NCBI RefSeq assembly: GCF_000039765.1
Contig: NC_004459.3
Span: forward strand, 600,001 to 632,000
Direction of reading: 5' to 3'
Source: Vibrio vulnificus CMCP6
GTDB lineage: Bacteria; Pseudomonadota; Gammaproteobacteria; Enterobacterales; Vibrionaceae
DNA: 32,000 nt
The notes beneath the pieces are model-generated. The model did no database searches, was not told the origin of the DNA, and worked only from the letters and a program-made list of their open reading frames with translations. The position numbers were made by a program, and so were the translations under genes. This document shows, piece after piece, positions 17,399-27,474 of this stretch (position 1 is the stretch's first letter; each line of letters begins with the position of its first letter).

Positions 17399-19684
17399 TT
17401 ACGCGTCAGTAGCCGTTTCTGAGCCATCCGATGAGTCACTTTGCTCGAGCTCAATACGAGTGACTCGCTGCAAGCCACGTGGCAATAAACCACCTCGACG
17501 GCCTCGCTCTCCACGGAAGTTATCCAGATCAGCAGGCTTCAAGCCCAACTTACGTTTGCCTGCATACAGCGTCAGTGAAGCGCCTTTTGGCAAAGCAATC
17601 AAATGCGACAGGATCTCTTCTTTCGCTTTGGCTTTCGCCGCTGGAATATTGATGATCTTATTCCCTTTACCCTTACCCAGTTGTGGCAAGTCTTTAATTG
17701 GGAACATCAACATACGGCCTTGGTTGGTAATGGCAAGAATATCGTCATTGTCCAGATCCAATACCGCCGATGGGGTCATCACTTCTGCGTTTTCAGGCAA
17801 CGACACCAGCGCTTTACCACTGCGGTTTTTCGACAACAAATCACTGCCTTTACACACGAAGCCGTAACCCGCATCAGAGCCAATCAGCCACAGCTGTTCT
17901 TCTTCACCCATGATCACTTGGCGAATACTGCTTCCTGGCGTGATGTTGAGGCGGCCAGTAATCGGCTCACCTTGACCGCGAGCCGAAGGCAGTGTGTGCG
18001 ATTCTAATGAGTAACTGCGGCCATCTGAACCAAGCAGTACCGCTTGCTGGTTACTCTTACCACACGCATGCGCCAGATAGCTGTCACCCGCTTTGTAGCT
18101 CAGCCCCTGACAATCCACTTCATGACCTTTGGCGTGACGAATCCAACCTTTCTCTGACAAGACAACGGTGATCGCTTCATTCGGCATCAGGTCACGTTCA
18201 GTCAGTGCTTTCGCTTCTTCACGAACCACTAGCGGAGAACGGCGATCATCACCAAATTTCTCGGCATCGGCACGGATCTCTTTTTTCAGCAAGGTATTCA
18301 GACGACGCTCAGAACCCAGTAACTCTTCCAGCTTCTTACGTTCTTTTTCCAGCTCATCTTGTTCACCGCGGATCTTCATCTCTTCCAATTTGGCTAAGTG
18401 ACGAAGTTTGGTATCCAGAATCGCATCGGCTTGAATATCGGTAATGCCAAATCTGGCCATCAATACCGCTTTAGGATCGTCTTCTGTACGAATGATCTCA
18501 ATCACCTCATCGATGTTGAGATACGCGATCAACAAACCTTCCAAGATGTGCAAGCGAGCCAGCACTTTATCAAGACGGTATTGCAAGCGTGAACGTACCG
18601 TTTCGCGACGGAAAGTGATCCATTCCGTCAAAATCTGCACCAAGCCTTTCACTTGTGGGCGGTTGTCGAGACCAATCATGTTTAAGTTAACACGATAGCT
18701 CTTCTCCAAATCAGTGGACGCAAACAAGTGGTTCATTAACTGGTCGCAATCAACGCGATTTGAGCGCGGTACAATCACAATACGAGTTGGGTTTTCGTGG
18801 TCAGACTCATCACGCAAGTCTTCCACCATTGGCAATTTTTTCGCGCGCATTTGCGCAGCAATTTGCTCAAGCAGCTTGGCCCCTGAGACTTGATGTGGGA
18901 GCGCCGTGATAACGATGTCACTGCCCTCTTTGCACCAAACCGCGCGCATTTTCACGCTGCCACGGCCACTGCGGTACATTTTTTCCAGATCGCTACTTGG
19001 GGTAATAATCTCTGCTTCTGTCGGGAAATCAGGCCCTTTGACGTACTGCATTAAATCCATCAGCGGTGCAGCTGGATTATCAATCAAATGAATGGTGGCA
19101 TCCGCAACTTCACGTACGTTATGAGGAGGAATGTCCGTCGCCATACCCACCGCAATGCCTGTCACACCATTGAGAAGGATGTGAGGCAAACGTGCTGGCA
19201 GCATTTTTGGCTCTTTCATCGTGCCATCAAAGTTAGGCTGCCACTCGACCGTGCCTTGACCAAGCTCTCCCAGAAGCACATCGGCAAATTTCGACAATTT
19301 GGCTTCGGTATAACGCATCGCAGCGAAGGATTTCGGATCATCCGGCGCCCCCCAGTTACCTTGACCGTCCACCAACGGATAGCGGTATGAGAATGGCTGT
19401 GCCATCAGAACCATCGCTTCATAACACGCAGAGTCGCCATGCGGATGGTACTTACCCAACACGTCACCCACGGTACGCGCTGATTTTTTATATTTTGCCG
19501 CCGCCGAAAGCCCAAGCTCCGACATCGCGTAGATAATACGTCGTTGAACCGGTTTCAGACCGTCACCAATATAAGGCAACGCACGATCCATAATGACGTA
19601 CATCGAATAGTTTAGATAAGCATCTTCGGTGAACTTGCGCATTGGCAATTGTTCGACGCCATCATAAGTAATTTCTGTAGACAT
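17399..19684 (-). CDS. parC: DNA topoisomerase IV subunit A
   Basis: 761 aa, near-collinear with E. coli ParC by eye ([58 protein letters not shown] with the catalytic Tyr). It starts 3 nt after the parE stop. Confidence 0.97.
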   Translation of the reverse strand: MSTEITYDGVEQLPMRKFTEDAYLNYSMYVIMDRALPYIGDGLKPVQRRIIYAMSELGLSAAAKYKKSARTVGDVLGKYHPHGDSACYEAMVLMAQPFSYRYPLVDGQGNWGAPDDPKSFAAMRYTEAKLSKFADVLLGELGQGTVEWQPNFDGTMKEPKMLPARLPHILLNGVTGIAVGMATDIPPHNVREVADATIHLIDNPAAPLMDLMQYVKGPDFPTEAEIITPSSDLEKMYRSGRGSVKMRAVWCKEGSDIVITALPHQVSGAKLLEQIAAQMRAKKLPMVEDLRDESDHENPTRIVIVPRSNRVDCDQLMNHLFASTDLEKSYRVNLNMIGLDNRPQVKGLVQILTEWITFRRETVRSRLQYRLDKVLARLHILEGLLIAYLNIDEVIEIIRTEDDPKAVLMARFGITDIQADAILDTKLRHLAKLEEMKIRGEQDELEKERKKLEELLGSERRLNTLLKKEIRADAEKFGDDRRSPLVVREEAKALTERDLMPNEAITVVLSEKGWIRHAKGHEVDCQGLSYKAGDSYLAHACGKSNQQAVLLGSDGRSYSLESHTLPSARGQGEPITGRLNITPGSSIRQVIMGEEEQLWLIGSDAGYGFVCKGSDLLSKNRSGKALVSLPENAEVMTPSAVLDLDNDDILAITNQGRMLMFPIKDLPQLGKGKGNKIINIPAAKAKAKEEILSHLIALPKGASLTLYAGKRKLGLKPADLDNFRGERGRRGGLLPRGLQRVTRIELEQSDSSDGSETATDA

Positions 19685-19687
19685 CTA

Positions 19688-21568
19688 TTAAACCTCTGCC
19701 ATATCGCCGTTGTTTTGTAACCAGCTACGACGGTCATCTGCGCGTTTCTTACCCAGCAGCATGTCCATCATTTCCATGGTCGCATCGGAGTCATCAATGG
19801 TCAGTTGCACCAGACGACGCGTGTTGGGATCCATCGTGGTTTCACGCAACTGCAGTGGGTTCATCTCACCCAGACCTTTGAATCGTTGCACGTTGATTTT
19901 GGCGCGCTTCTGGCTTAGGCGCTCTAATACGCCATCTTTTTCTGCATCATCCAGCGCATAGAACACCTCTTTGCCACAGTCGATACGATACAGTGGTGGC
20001 ATTGCTACGTAGATATGACCGGCTTCAACTAGCGCGCGGAAATGACGTGTGAATAGCGCACACAAGAGTGTCGCAATGTGCAGACCATCCGAGTCCGCAT
20101 CGGCAAGGATACAGATTTTGCCGTAACGCAGCCCTTCAAGATTGTCGCTATCTGGATCAATCCCTAGTGCAACAGAAATATCGTGCACTTCTTGAGACGC
20201 CAATACTTGATCGGCAGAGACTTCCCAAGTATTTAAGATTTTACCCCGCAGCGGCATCACGGCTTGGAACTCACGATCACGCGCTTGCTTGGCACTGCCG
20301 CCTGCCGAATCCCCTTCCACGAAGAAGATTTCAGTACGAGCTAAGTCTTGCACGGAACAATCGGTCAACTTACCTGGCAAAGCTGGGCCTGATGCAATCT
20401 TTTTACGCACGACCTTCTTGCTCGCACGCATACGACGATGGGCGTTCGCAATACACACTTCCGCAAGTTGCTCAGCAAGTTGTGGCTTTTCATTTAACCA
20501 CAAGCTAAAGGTGTCTTTTACCACCCCAGAGACAAACGCCGCGGTTTGACGAGAAGAAAGGCGCTCTTTGGTTTGGCCGGCAAACTGCGGATCTTGCATC
20601 TTCACCGACAGTACGTAAGAACAGCGGTCGAAAACGTCTTCGCCCGTTAACTTCACGCCACGGGGCAGTAAGTTGCGGAACTCACAGAACTCTCTCATCG
20701 CATCCAACAAACCTTGGCGCAAACCGTTCACATGCGTACCGCCTTGTGCGGTTGGGATCAGGTTAACATAGCTTTCGGTGATCATCTCACCGCCTTCTGG
20801 CTGCCAGATCACCGCCCAATCCGCAGCTTCTGTTTCTGCCGAGAATTGGCCTGTAAATGGTTCTTCAGGGAGTAAGGTGTAGCCCTTCACCCCTTCAATC
20901 AAATAGTCTTTCAAGCCATCTTGGTAGAGCCACTGATGCTCTTTACCATTCACACGGTCACTGAAAGTAATTTCCAAACCAGGGCAAAGAACCGCCTTCG
21001 CGCGCAAGTTATTCACTAAACGTGTGACCGAGAAATTTGGCGAATCAAAGTATTTGGTGTCTGGCCAGAAGTGCACGCTGGTACCGCGATTGCGACGACC
21101 ACACGTTCCCGTCACGGTGAGATCCGACACTTTGTCACCATGTTCAAAAGCGATTTCGTAAACCTGACCATCTCGACGTACTGTCACTTCAACCCTTTTA
21201 GACAGGGCGTTCACCACCGAAATACCTACCCCGTGCAAACCACCAGAAAACTGATAGTTTTTGTTGGAGAATTTACCACCAGCGTGCAGCTTACATAGGA
21301 TCAGCTCAACGCCCGAGACTTTCTCTTCTGGGTGGATATCGACTGGCATGCCTCGACCATCATCGATCACTTCCAGTGATTGGTCTGCATGTAGGATGAC
21401 TTGTACTTTGGAGGCATGTCCGGCCAGCGCTTCATCGACACTGTTATCGATGACTTCTTGGCCCAAATGGTTCGGGCGCGCTGTATCCGTATACATCCCT
21501 GGTCGGCGACGTACTGGCTCTAAACCATTCAGTACTTCAATGGCACCAGCATTATATTGTTCAGTCAT
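19688..21568 (-). CDS. parE: DNA topoisomerase IV subunit B
   Basis: 626 aa. It has the GHKL ATPase N-terminus (LEPVRRRPGMYT, EVIDNSVDEA, GGLHGVG), a Toprim domain (EIFFVEGDSAGGSAKQARDR) and the PLRGKILN motif. Confidence 0.97.
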   Translation of the reverse strand: MTEQYNAGAIEVLNGLEPVRRRPGMYTDTARPNHLGQEVIDNSVDEALAGHASKVQVILHADQSLEVIDDGRGMPVDIHPEEKVSGVELILCKLHAGGKFSNKNYQFSGGLHGVGISVVNALSKRVEVTVRRDGQVYEIAFEHGDKVSDLTVTGTCGRRNRGTSVHFWPDTKYFDSPNFSVTRLVNNLRAKAVLCPGLEITFSDRVNGKEHQWLYQDGLKDYLIEGVKGYTLLPEEPFTGQFSAETEAADWAVIWQPEGGEMITESYVNLIPTAQGGTHVNGLRQGLLDAMREFCEFRNLLPRGVKLTGEDVFDRCSYVLSVKMQDPQFAGQTKERLSSRQTAAFVSGVVKDTFSLWLNEKPQLAEQLAEVCIANAHRRMRASKKVVRKKIASGPALPGKLTDCSVQDLARTEIFFVEGDSAGGSAKQARDREFQAVMPLRGKILNTWEVSADQVLASQEVHDISVALGIDPDSDNLEGLRYGKICILADADSDGLHIATLLCALFTRHFRALVEAGHIYVAMPPLYRIDCGKEVFYALDDAEKDGVLERLSQKRAKINVQRFKGLGEMNPLQLRETTMDPNTRRLVQLTIDDSDATMEMMDMLLGKKRADDRRSWLQNNGDMAEV

Positions 21569-21644
21569 AATACGGAATCGTTCTCAATGTTTACCTGTTG
21601 TCTGAGCCTAGTTGGTCGCACTTTTGCACCAACTGGCGACAACG

Positions 21645-21696
21645 AAAAAGCTACCCTGTTACTCACAGAGCGTGACTCTGTGCGTTTCACGGTAGC
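21645..21696 (-). terminator. Terminator-like compound hairpin with U5 between yqiA and parE
   Basis: Minus strand reads GCUACC-GUGAAACG-CACAGAG-UCACG-CUCUGUG-AGUAACAG-GGUAGC followed by UUUUU. The outer 6-bp stem joins 21691-21696 with 21650-21655; the apical 7-bp stem joins 21676-21682 with 21664-21670. It is atypical for an intrinsic terminator because of the 8x8 internal loop. Confidence 0.45.
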
Positions 21697-21804
21697 TGTA
21701 TTCGGAGAAACATAGTCGGAAAGCAGTGCGACTATGTCAAGAAACGGTTGGATATCAGAGGTAAAATTATGAGCCCCTCCTAATCCTGTCTCTGAGTGGT
21801 AGCG

Positions 21805-22395
21805 TTACAAACCAAGAAAGTGAATGATTCGCTCTGGATAGCGTTCAAAGCCAACAAAACTATGATCGCCTCCCTCTTCTACCGTTTGTGCAGAACCTGC
21901 GTACTTTTCCACTGCCTGACGGTAGTCCAGCACTTCATCTTCGGTTTGCTGCAATAGCCAGAAAGATTCTGGATTCGCGACCTCTTTTACCTCAAGCGCT
22001 TTCAATTCGTCAATATGACGCGCTTCGAGTGTATAGCTTTCATGCGTATATGGGTTAGTTTGTGGCCCTAGATAGTCAGCCAGCAGCTCATATGGCTTCA
22101 CCGCCGGATTGACAACCACGGCGCGAAAGCCAAACTCGGCATTGAGCCAAGTCGACAAATAACCACCGAGCGAGCTCCCCACCAAACCAATACGATGAGT
22201 AGTTTTATGTTGCTGAACGATCTCTAGCAAACACTCTGCAGCCGCTTGCGGAAAACTCGGTAACTGCGGCACCACAACCTTGATGTCGGGTCGGTGTTGC
22301 TCGCAATATTCACGCATCAGATTGGCTTTCATCGATAACGGCGAACTGTTAAAACCATGAATGTACAGCAGCAATGAAGGCTTAGGATGGCTCAT
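21805..22395 (-). CDS. yqiA: Esterase YqiA (alpha/beta hydrolase, UPF0227)
   Basis: The ORF track starts at a GTG (22407) inside cpdA. I use the ATG at 22395 (MSHPKPSLLLYIHGFNSSP...), 1 nt after the cpdA stop, giving 196 aa. It has a nucleophile-elbow-like motif GSSLGG. The cpdA-yqiA-parE position matches E. coli. Confidence 0.88.
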   Translation of the reverse strand: MSHPKPSLLLYIHGFNSSPLSMKANLMREYCEQHRPDIKVVVPQLPSFPQAAAECLLEIVQQHKTTHRIGLVGSSLGGYLSTWLNAEFGFRAVVVNPAVKPYELLADYLGPQTNPYTHESYTLEARHIDELKALEVKEVANPESFWLLQQTEDEVLDYRQAVEKYAGSAQTVEEGGDHSFVGFERYPERIIHFLGL

Positions 22396-22396
22396 A

Positions 22397-23221
22397 TTAG
22401 TAACCACTTGAGGTAAAGTCAGGTAAAAAACTGCCTGAAGCTAGGCGTTGCACTTGAGTGGTGATCTCACCATTGGCGTGCAGTGTTAATTCGCGCCATC
22501 CGGGTGAAACCGTGTCGAGCGCAAAATCGTCAGATTTCGGTTTGAACTGAACACATGTCGATGGGGTTGCCATCACACGGATGCCTTTATGCATCACATT
22601 CATATCTTGATGAACGTGACCACACACAATGCCTTTCACCATCGGAAAACGTTCAACAATTTGCCAAAACGCCTCTGCATCTTTCAAGGTATGCTGATCT
22701 AACCAAGCACTGCCGACCAGCAGTGGATGGTGGTGAAGTAAAATTAAGGTGTTTTTCTCTGGCGACGCTTGCAAATGATGCTCCAGCATCAACAACTGTT
22801 GATCACTGAGGCGACCATGTGGCACACCGACGACTTGGGAATCCAGCAAAATCAGTTGCCAATGAGCATTGAGCTCCACCTGCTCCGGCGTAGTAATTTG
22901 GGGGGAAGGTAAAACACTCGACATATTGGGTTTATAGTCGTGGTTACCTGGCAACCAAAAACAGGCTTTCTCTAGTGGCGCAATTCCGTCAGCAAAACGC
23001 TGGTAGGAGGCCGCACTATGGTCTTGAGAAATGTCACCGGTTGCTAATAGATAGTCAAACTCAACATGGCGCGCCATCACTTGCTCGACAACGGCCTGAA
23101 AACTTTGGAGTGTTTTAACACTCAGCAAACTGCCCTCATCCGATGCAAAGAGATGAGTATCCGTAATCTGTAACAGCTTAATACTGTTCTCGCTGAGCGT
23201 ATCACTGGATGTATGTTGCAA
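22397..23221 (-). CDS. cpdA: 3',5'-cyclic-AMP phosphodiesterase CpdA (calcineurin-like metallophosphoesterase)
   Basis: 274 aa with the motifs LLQITDTHLF, ATGDISQD, LPGNHD, HHHP and GHVH. The only in-frame start candidates after the in-frame yqiB stop are ATT (23224) and TTG (23221), so a TTG start is inferred. Confidence 0.9.
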   Translation of the reverse strand: MQHTSSDTLSENSIKLLQITDTHLFASDEGSLLSVKTLQSFQAVVEQVMARHVEFDYLLATGDISQDHSAASYQRFADGIAPLEKACFWLPGNHDYKPNMSSVLPSPQITTPEQVELNAHWQLILLDSQVVGVPHGRLSDQQLLMLEHHLQASPEKNTLILLHHHPLLVGSAWLDQHTLKDAEAFWQIVERFPMVKGIVCGHVHQDMNVMHKGIRVMATPSTCVQFKPKSDDFALDTVSPGWRELTLHANGEITTQVQRLASGSFLPDFTSSGY

Positions 23222-23239
23222 AATGAAAACCTGACTCTG

Positions 23240-23689
23240 TTATTCTTCTTTAAATGTTATTGGGGTTCGGCTAATACCGCTTTTTAAACAAAACGTCAGC
23301 CACTCGCCAAGAAACGCATTCAATTGATGCTTTTCATCTTTCTGCATCAACTTTTCATTTGGGTAGTCGTATTTCGCTTTGAATCGAACATGCTCACCAC
23401 TCGAGAGCACTTCCGCGACTCTGGCATCGTGATAAAGCCTGACAGACATCGTAGGTAAAGGAAATAACGGTATGTCATCACTCTGACATATCTCCACTAT
23501 GGTGGTGTATTTTGTGACCTCTTTCACTGTCATTTGGTAGATCATGTTTACAACTTGATAACAGCGAACATCACCCACTTCAGCGTTGAACGGCAGCAAA
23601 GCATTTAATTTGGCATAATTGGTTTCATAGGTTCTCATTAACCCTGCCAAATCAACATAATAAGGTTGTTTTGCTGCTGCTAAACCCAT
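23240..23689 (-). CDS. yqiB: DUF1249 family protein YqiB
   Basis: 149 aa from the ATG at 23689 (the track uses the GTG one codon upstream). The start overlaps the nudF stop (TGATG). Its position between nudF and cpdA is conserved with E. coli. Function unknown. Confidence 0.85.
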   Translation of the reverse strand: MGLAAAKQPYYVDLAGLMRTYETNYAKLNALLPFNAEVGDVRCYQVVNMIYQMTVKEVTKYTTIVEICQSDDIPLFPLPTMSVRLYHDARVAEVLSSGEHVRFKAKYDYPNEKLMQKDEKHQLNAFLGEWLTFCLKSGISRTPITFKEE

Positions 23690-24324
23690 CACTCAATCTC
23701 CAACCACTGTGACTTTAACTGCAAGTGATTTAACTCTAACCATTGTAAGGCGATAATTGAGGCACCATTCTCGATTTTGCCTTGTTTGACCAAATCGTAG
23801 GCTTGCTCACGTGTCATCACATGCACACGGATATCTTCATCTTCATAGTCTAAACCATGAATGCCATGCGCTTTAGAGGCATCCACTTCACCGATAAAAA
23901 CATCCAGCTTTTCTGAACACCCACCCGCTGAAGGATAATACGAAACCACCGAAACAAGTTGTCCGACTTCTAGGCCAGCTTCTTCTTGCGCCTCTCGACG
24001 CACGACATCATCCGCCGATTCATCACGATCGATCATGCCTGCGACAATTTCCAACTGCCAAGGATGCTGATGCTCCAGTGCTCCGACACGAATTTGTTCA
24101 ATTAACACCACTTGATCACGAATAGGATCGTAAGGAAGCATTGCAGCAGCATGACCACGTTCAAACATTTCGCGTTCGATCACATTGCTCCACCCACCGG
24201 CAAATAACTTATGACGGAAGCGGTACTTGATCATCTTGAAGAATCCCTGAAAGAGTGGCTCTTTTGAGAGAACCTCTACATCTTCTGGAGTAAAAACAGC
24301 GTGTTGTTTGTCATCCTGTTGCAT
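23689..24324 (-). CDS. nudF: ADP-ribose pyrophosphatase NudF (Nudix hydrolase)
   Basis: The ATG at 24324 (MQQDDKQH...) is preceded by GAGGTG. The track's GTG start at 24336 is that SD itself. The product is 211 aa with a Nudix box (GMIDRDESADDVVRREAQEEAGL). It is collinear with E. coli NudF (YRFRHKLFAGGWS, FERGHAAAMLPYDP, IALQWL). Confidence 0.93.
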   Translation of the reverse strand: MQQDDKQHAVFTPEDVEVLSKEPLFQGFFKMIKYRFRHKLFAGGWSNVIEREMFERGHAAAMLPYDPIRDQVVLIEQIRVGALEHQHPWQLEIVAGMIDRDESADDVVRREAQEEAGLEVGQLVSVVSYYPSAGGCSEKLDVFIGEVDASKAHGIHGLDYEDEDIRVHVMTREQAYDLVKQGKIENGASIIALQWLELNHLQLKSQWLEIE

Positions 24325-24552
24325 TTCGCACCTCACTGAGTGAATCTTGTAGTTTACTCACTGTTTAAACATGACTCAAAGGACATTGCTCAACTTTTTA
24401 TATAATTGTTCTAAAAATTTTTAGGTTTAAACAATTCATTTATTGCACAACTGGACAGTTAAAGATAAAAAGTGCAGAATTTAGGGCAAATATCCAGCAA
24501 CTTGAGTTAAACTCTTGAGAATTAATCAAACTATACATGGCGAGAATGGAAA

Positions 24553-25878
24553 ATGAAAAAACTGCTTCCACTACTTATTGGTGCAGCGCTAGGTAGCCTG
24601 AGTTCTTCAGTGTGGGCTGATTCCTTGGCAGAAATCTATGATCTGGCAAAGCAAAACGATCCACAGTTATTGAGCGTACAAGCTAAACGTGACGCCGCAT
24701 TTGAAGCGGTCACTTCTAGCCGTAGTACCTTATTACCGCAAATTAATTTAACCGCTGGTTATAACCTAAAACGCGGTGATACGGATCTTGATGCTGGGGC
24801 GACGATCGATAATGACCAAAATGCATTAACTGCTGGGATTAATTTCTCTCAGGAACTGTATCAGCGTTCGTCTTGGATCACGCTAGACAACGCAGAGAAA
24901 ACCGCTCGTCAAGCAGATGCAGCATACGCAGCGACGCAACAGGGTTTGATCTTAAGAACCGCGCAAGCGTACTTTGAGGTGCTAAAAGCGCAAGACAACT
25001 TAGAATTTGTCCGTGCAGAAAAAGCGGCGGTTGCTCGTCAGCTAGAGCAAACCAAACAACGTTTTGAAGTGGGTCTCTCGGCCATTACAGACGTGCATGA
25101 CGCCCAAGCGCAATACGATGGCGTATTAGCTGACGAAGTTCTGGCCGAAAACAGCCTAACCAACAGTTATGAAGCGTTGCGTGAAATCACAGGTCAAGAG
25201 CATAAAAACCTGAACGTGTTAGATACCAAGCGTTTCTCAGCAAGCCGCTCAAATGCTTCAGCTGAAACCTTGATCGAAGAAGCGCAAGAGAAAAACCTAA
25301 GCTTACTGTCAGCGCGTATCACAAAAGACATCGCCAAAGACAACATTTCTCTGGCCAGTTCAGGCCACTTACCGTCATTAACCTTAGACGGTGGCTACAA
25401 CTACGCAGACGTTAGTAACAGTGCACAAAGTGATGGTACAACCAATAATTTCAATGTGGGTGTAAATCTCGTTGTTCCACTCTATACCGGTGGTAATACA
25501 ACGTCGCAAACCAAACAAGCTGAGTTTAATTACGTCTCTGCGAGCCAAGATCTTGAAGCCACTTATCGCGGTGTCGTGAAAGAAGTGCGAGCGCAAAACA
25601 ACAACATCAATGCCTCAATCGGCGCACTTCGTGCGTATGAGCAATCTGTTGTTTCTGCGCGTTCAGCATTAGAAGCAACCGAAGCAGGCTTTGATGTGGG
25701 TACTCGTACTATTGTGGATGTCCTTGATGCCACTCGTCGCCTTTACGATGCCAACAAAAACCTATCGAATGCACGCTACAACTACATCTTGAGTGTACTG
25801 CAACTTCGTCAGGCGGTGGGTACACTGAGCGAGCAAGATGTACTGGATGTTGATGCTGGTTTGATTGCGAAAAAGTAA
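24553..25878 (+). CDS. tolC: Outer membrane efflux channel TolC
   Basis: 441 aa with a signal peptide (SSSVWA-DS). The N-terminus LAEIYDLAKQNDPQLL and the internally duplicated OEP repeat architecture are present. It is divergent from nudF, as in E. coli. Confidence 0.95.
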   Translation: MKKLLPLLIGAALGSLSSSVWADSLAEIYDLAKQNDPQLLSVQAKRDAAFEAVTSSRSTLLPQINLTAGYNLKRGDTDLDAGATIDNDQNALTAGINFSQELYQRSSWITLDNAEKTARQADAAYAATQQGLILRTAQAYFEVLKAQDNLEFVRAEKAAVARQLEQTKQRFEVGLSAITDVHDAQAQYDGVLADEVLAENSLTNSYEALREITGQEHKNLNVLDTKRFSASRSNASAETLIEEAQEKNLSLLSARITKDIAKDNISLASSGHLPSLTLDGGYNYADVSNSAQSDGTTNNFNVGVNLVVPLYTGGNTTSQTKQAEFNYVSASQDLEATYRGVVKEVRAQNNNINASIGALRAYEQSVVSARSALEATEAGFDVGTRTIVDVLDATRRLYDANKNLSNARYNYILSVLQLRQAVGTLSEQDVLDVDAGLIAKK

Positions 25879-25916
25879 TCGAAGCCACAAACGCATAAAG
25901 AGACACACGCATAAAG

Positions 25917-25946
25917 AAAAGGGTGACAGCAATGTCACCCTTTTTT
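25917..25946. terminator. Bidirectional rho-independent terminator between convergent tolC and hldE
   Basis: aaaa-GGGUGACA-gcaa-UGUCACCC-tttttt. The stem joins 25921-25928 with 25933-25940. Confidence 0.85.
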
Positions 25947-25990
25947 GTCTCATATTGATGATGTGTACCGCTCATTGAAAAGCGATGTGG

Positions 25991-27421
25991 TTAACCGCGT
26001 CCGCCTTTGATTGCATCAATGATCTCTGTGGTTGAACAGCCATCTTCAAAGTTCAGGACTTTTACTTCACCGCCCGCAGCAATCACCTCTTTGCCACCAG
26101 CGATATCTTCTGGCTTGTAATCGCCGCCTTTAACCAACAGATCCGGAAGCACTTCTGAAATCAAACGTTGTGGCGTGTCTTCACTAAACGGCACCACCCA
26201 ATCAACAGCACCTAAGCCCGCGAGCACGGCCATACGACGATCGGTTGGATTCACAGGACGGCCAGGACCTTTCAGGCGTTTCACCGACTCATCGGTATTC
26301 ACGGCAACAATCAGGCGGTCACCCAATTTTGCTGCGTTATTTAGGTAAGAAACATGGCCTGCATGAAGGATGTCGAAGCAGCCATTAGTCATGACTACTT
26401 TCTCGCCTTTAGCTTGCGCCGCTTTCACCGCATCAATCAGTGCCGCTTCGGCAATCACACCGAAATCGGTATCACGGCTGCCATGAATGGCTTCTGCTAA
26501 TTCGATGGTCGATAACGTTGAAGTACCTAGCTTACCGACTACGACACCCGCCGCCGCATTAGCCAATGCACATGCTTCATCAAGCGGTTTACCTGCTGCA
26601 ACTGAGGCCGCTAAGACAGAAATCACCGTATCGCCTGCACCTGTCACGTCGTACACTTCTTTGGCTTGAGTTGGCAAGTGGAATGGCTTCTGATCTGGAC
26701 GAACCAATGTCATGCCATGCTCACTGCGCGTCACCAGCAGCGCTCCAAGTTCAAACTTTTCAATCAAGCCTAATGCTTTTTCCACCAAGTCATCGTCGGA
26801 TGTCACTTTGCCGACCACCGCCTCAAACTCAGACATGTTTGGCGTTAGCAGAGTAGCGCCACGATAAGGTTCAAAGTTGGTGCCTTTCGGATCGATAAAC
26901 ACGGGAACATTGGCCGCACGGGCTTTCGCGATCAAAGCTTCAACGTGCTCTAACGCCCCTTTTGCATAATCAGACAGAATCACCGCCTGCACGTGAGGCA
27001 GAGCGCGCTCCATACGTGTTAGGACCAACTCAGGATCGGTGCCTTCAAACTTGTCTTCAAAATCTAAGCGAATCAATTGCTGACCACGGCTCATCACACG
27101 CAGTTTGGTGATGGTTGGGTATTCAGGAAGCGCAACAAAATCGCATTTTACTTTTAACGAATTCAGGGTTTCAGTCAGCACTTTCGCTGGCTCATCCATC
27201 CCGGTTAAACCCACAATGCGCGCATGACCACCAAGCGAGGCAATGTTCATTGCGACGTTTGCCGCTCCGCCTGGGCGCTCTTCATTGTTCTCTACTTTTA
27301 CAACAGGTACAGGGGCTTCTGGTGAAATACGACTTGTTGGGCCATACCAGTAACGGTCTAGCATCACATCGCCAATGATCAGTACACCTGCATTGTTGTA
27401 ATCAGGTAGGATTGGTTTCAT
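25991..27421 (-). CDS. hldE: Bifunctional D-beta-D-heptose 7-phosphate kinase / D-beta-D-heptose 1-phosphate adenylyltransferase HldE (RfaE)
   Basis: The ATG at 27421 ([43 protein letters not shown]...) matches the E. coli HldE N-terminus and gives 476 aa. GGAG lies 7 nt upstream. The track's 13-codon extension is rejected. The C-terminal cytidylyltransferase motif [11 protein letters not shown] is present. Confidence 0.95.
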   Translation of the reverse strand: MKPILPDYNNAGVLIIGDVMLDRYWYGPTSRISPEAPVPVVKVENNEERPGGAANVAMNIASLGGHARIVGLTGMDEPAKVLTETLNSLKVKCDFVALPEYPTITKLRVMSRGQQLIRLDFEDKFEGTDPELVLTRMERALPHVQAVILSDYAKGALEHVEALIAKARAANVPVFIDPKGTNFEPYRGATLLTPNMSEFEAVVGKVTSDDDLVEKALGLIEKFELGALLVTRSEHGMTLVRPDQKPFHLPTQAKEVYDVTGAGDTVISVLAASVAAGKPLDEACALANAAAGVVVGKLGTSTLSTIELAEAIHGSRDTDFGVIAEAALIDAVKAAQAKGEKVVMTNGCFDILHAGHVSYLNNAAKLGDRLIVAVNTDESVKRLKGPGRPVNPTDRRMAVLAGLGAVDWVVPFSEDTPQRLISEVLPDLLVKGGDYKPEDIAGGKEVIAAGGEVKVLNFEDGCSTTEIIDAIKGGRG

Positions 27422-27474
27422 TCTCGGTCTCCAATTTTTTTGCTGCGCTGAGTGTAACACAGCCTTTATCGGGT

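Noticed and set aside
17298-17867. 189-aa plus-strand ORF starting inside the degS 3' end and running antisense through the parC 3' end. Similar long antisense ORFs occur at 17603-18007, 20068-20508, 15611-16009, 30789-31175 and 31012-31380.
   Set aside because: These are shadow ORFs opposite strongly supported genes (parC, parE, degQ, MCP). Their translations are low-complexity and rich in Arg, Ser and Pro, they lack SD sequences, and the 17298 ORF reads straight through a bidirectional terminator.
21769-21783. Mini-ORF ATG AGC CCC TCC TAA (MSPS) on the plus strand with GAGGT 7 nt upstream. Its reverse complement contains AGGAGG.
   Set aside because: Four codons with no downstream gene on that strand. 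The SD-like strings are most simply chance within a GC-balanced spacer. There is no start codon at a sensible distance after the minus-strand AGGAGG.
25891-25917. 11-bp direct repeat ACGCATAAAGA x2 (25891-25901 and 25907-25917) just after the tolC stop.
   Set aside because: It is short, has only two copies, and sits in the 3' UTR immediately before the terminator. There is nothing to suggest an att site, an iteron array or a CRISPR-like structure.
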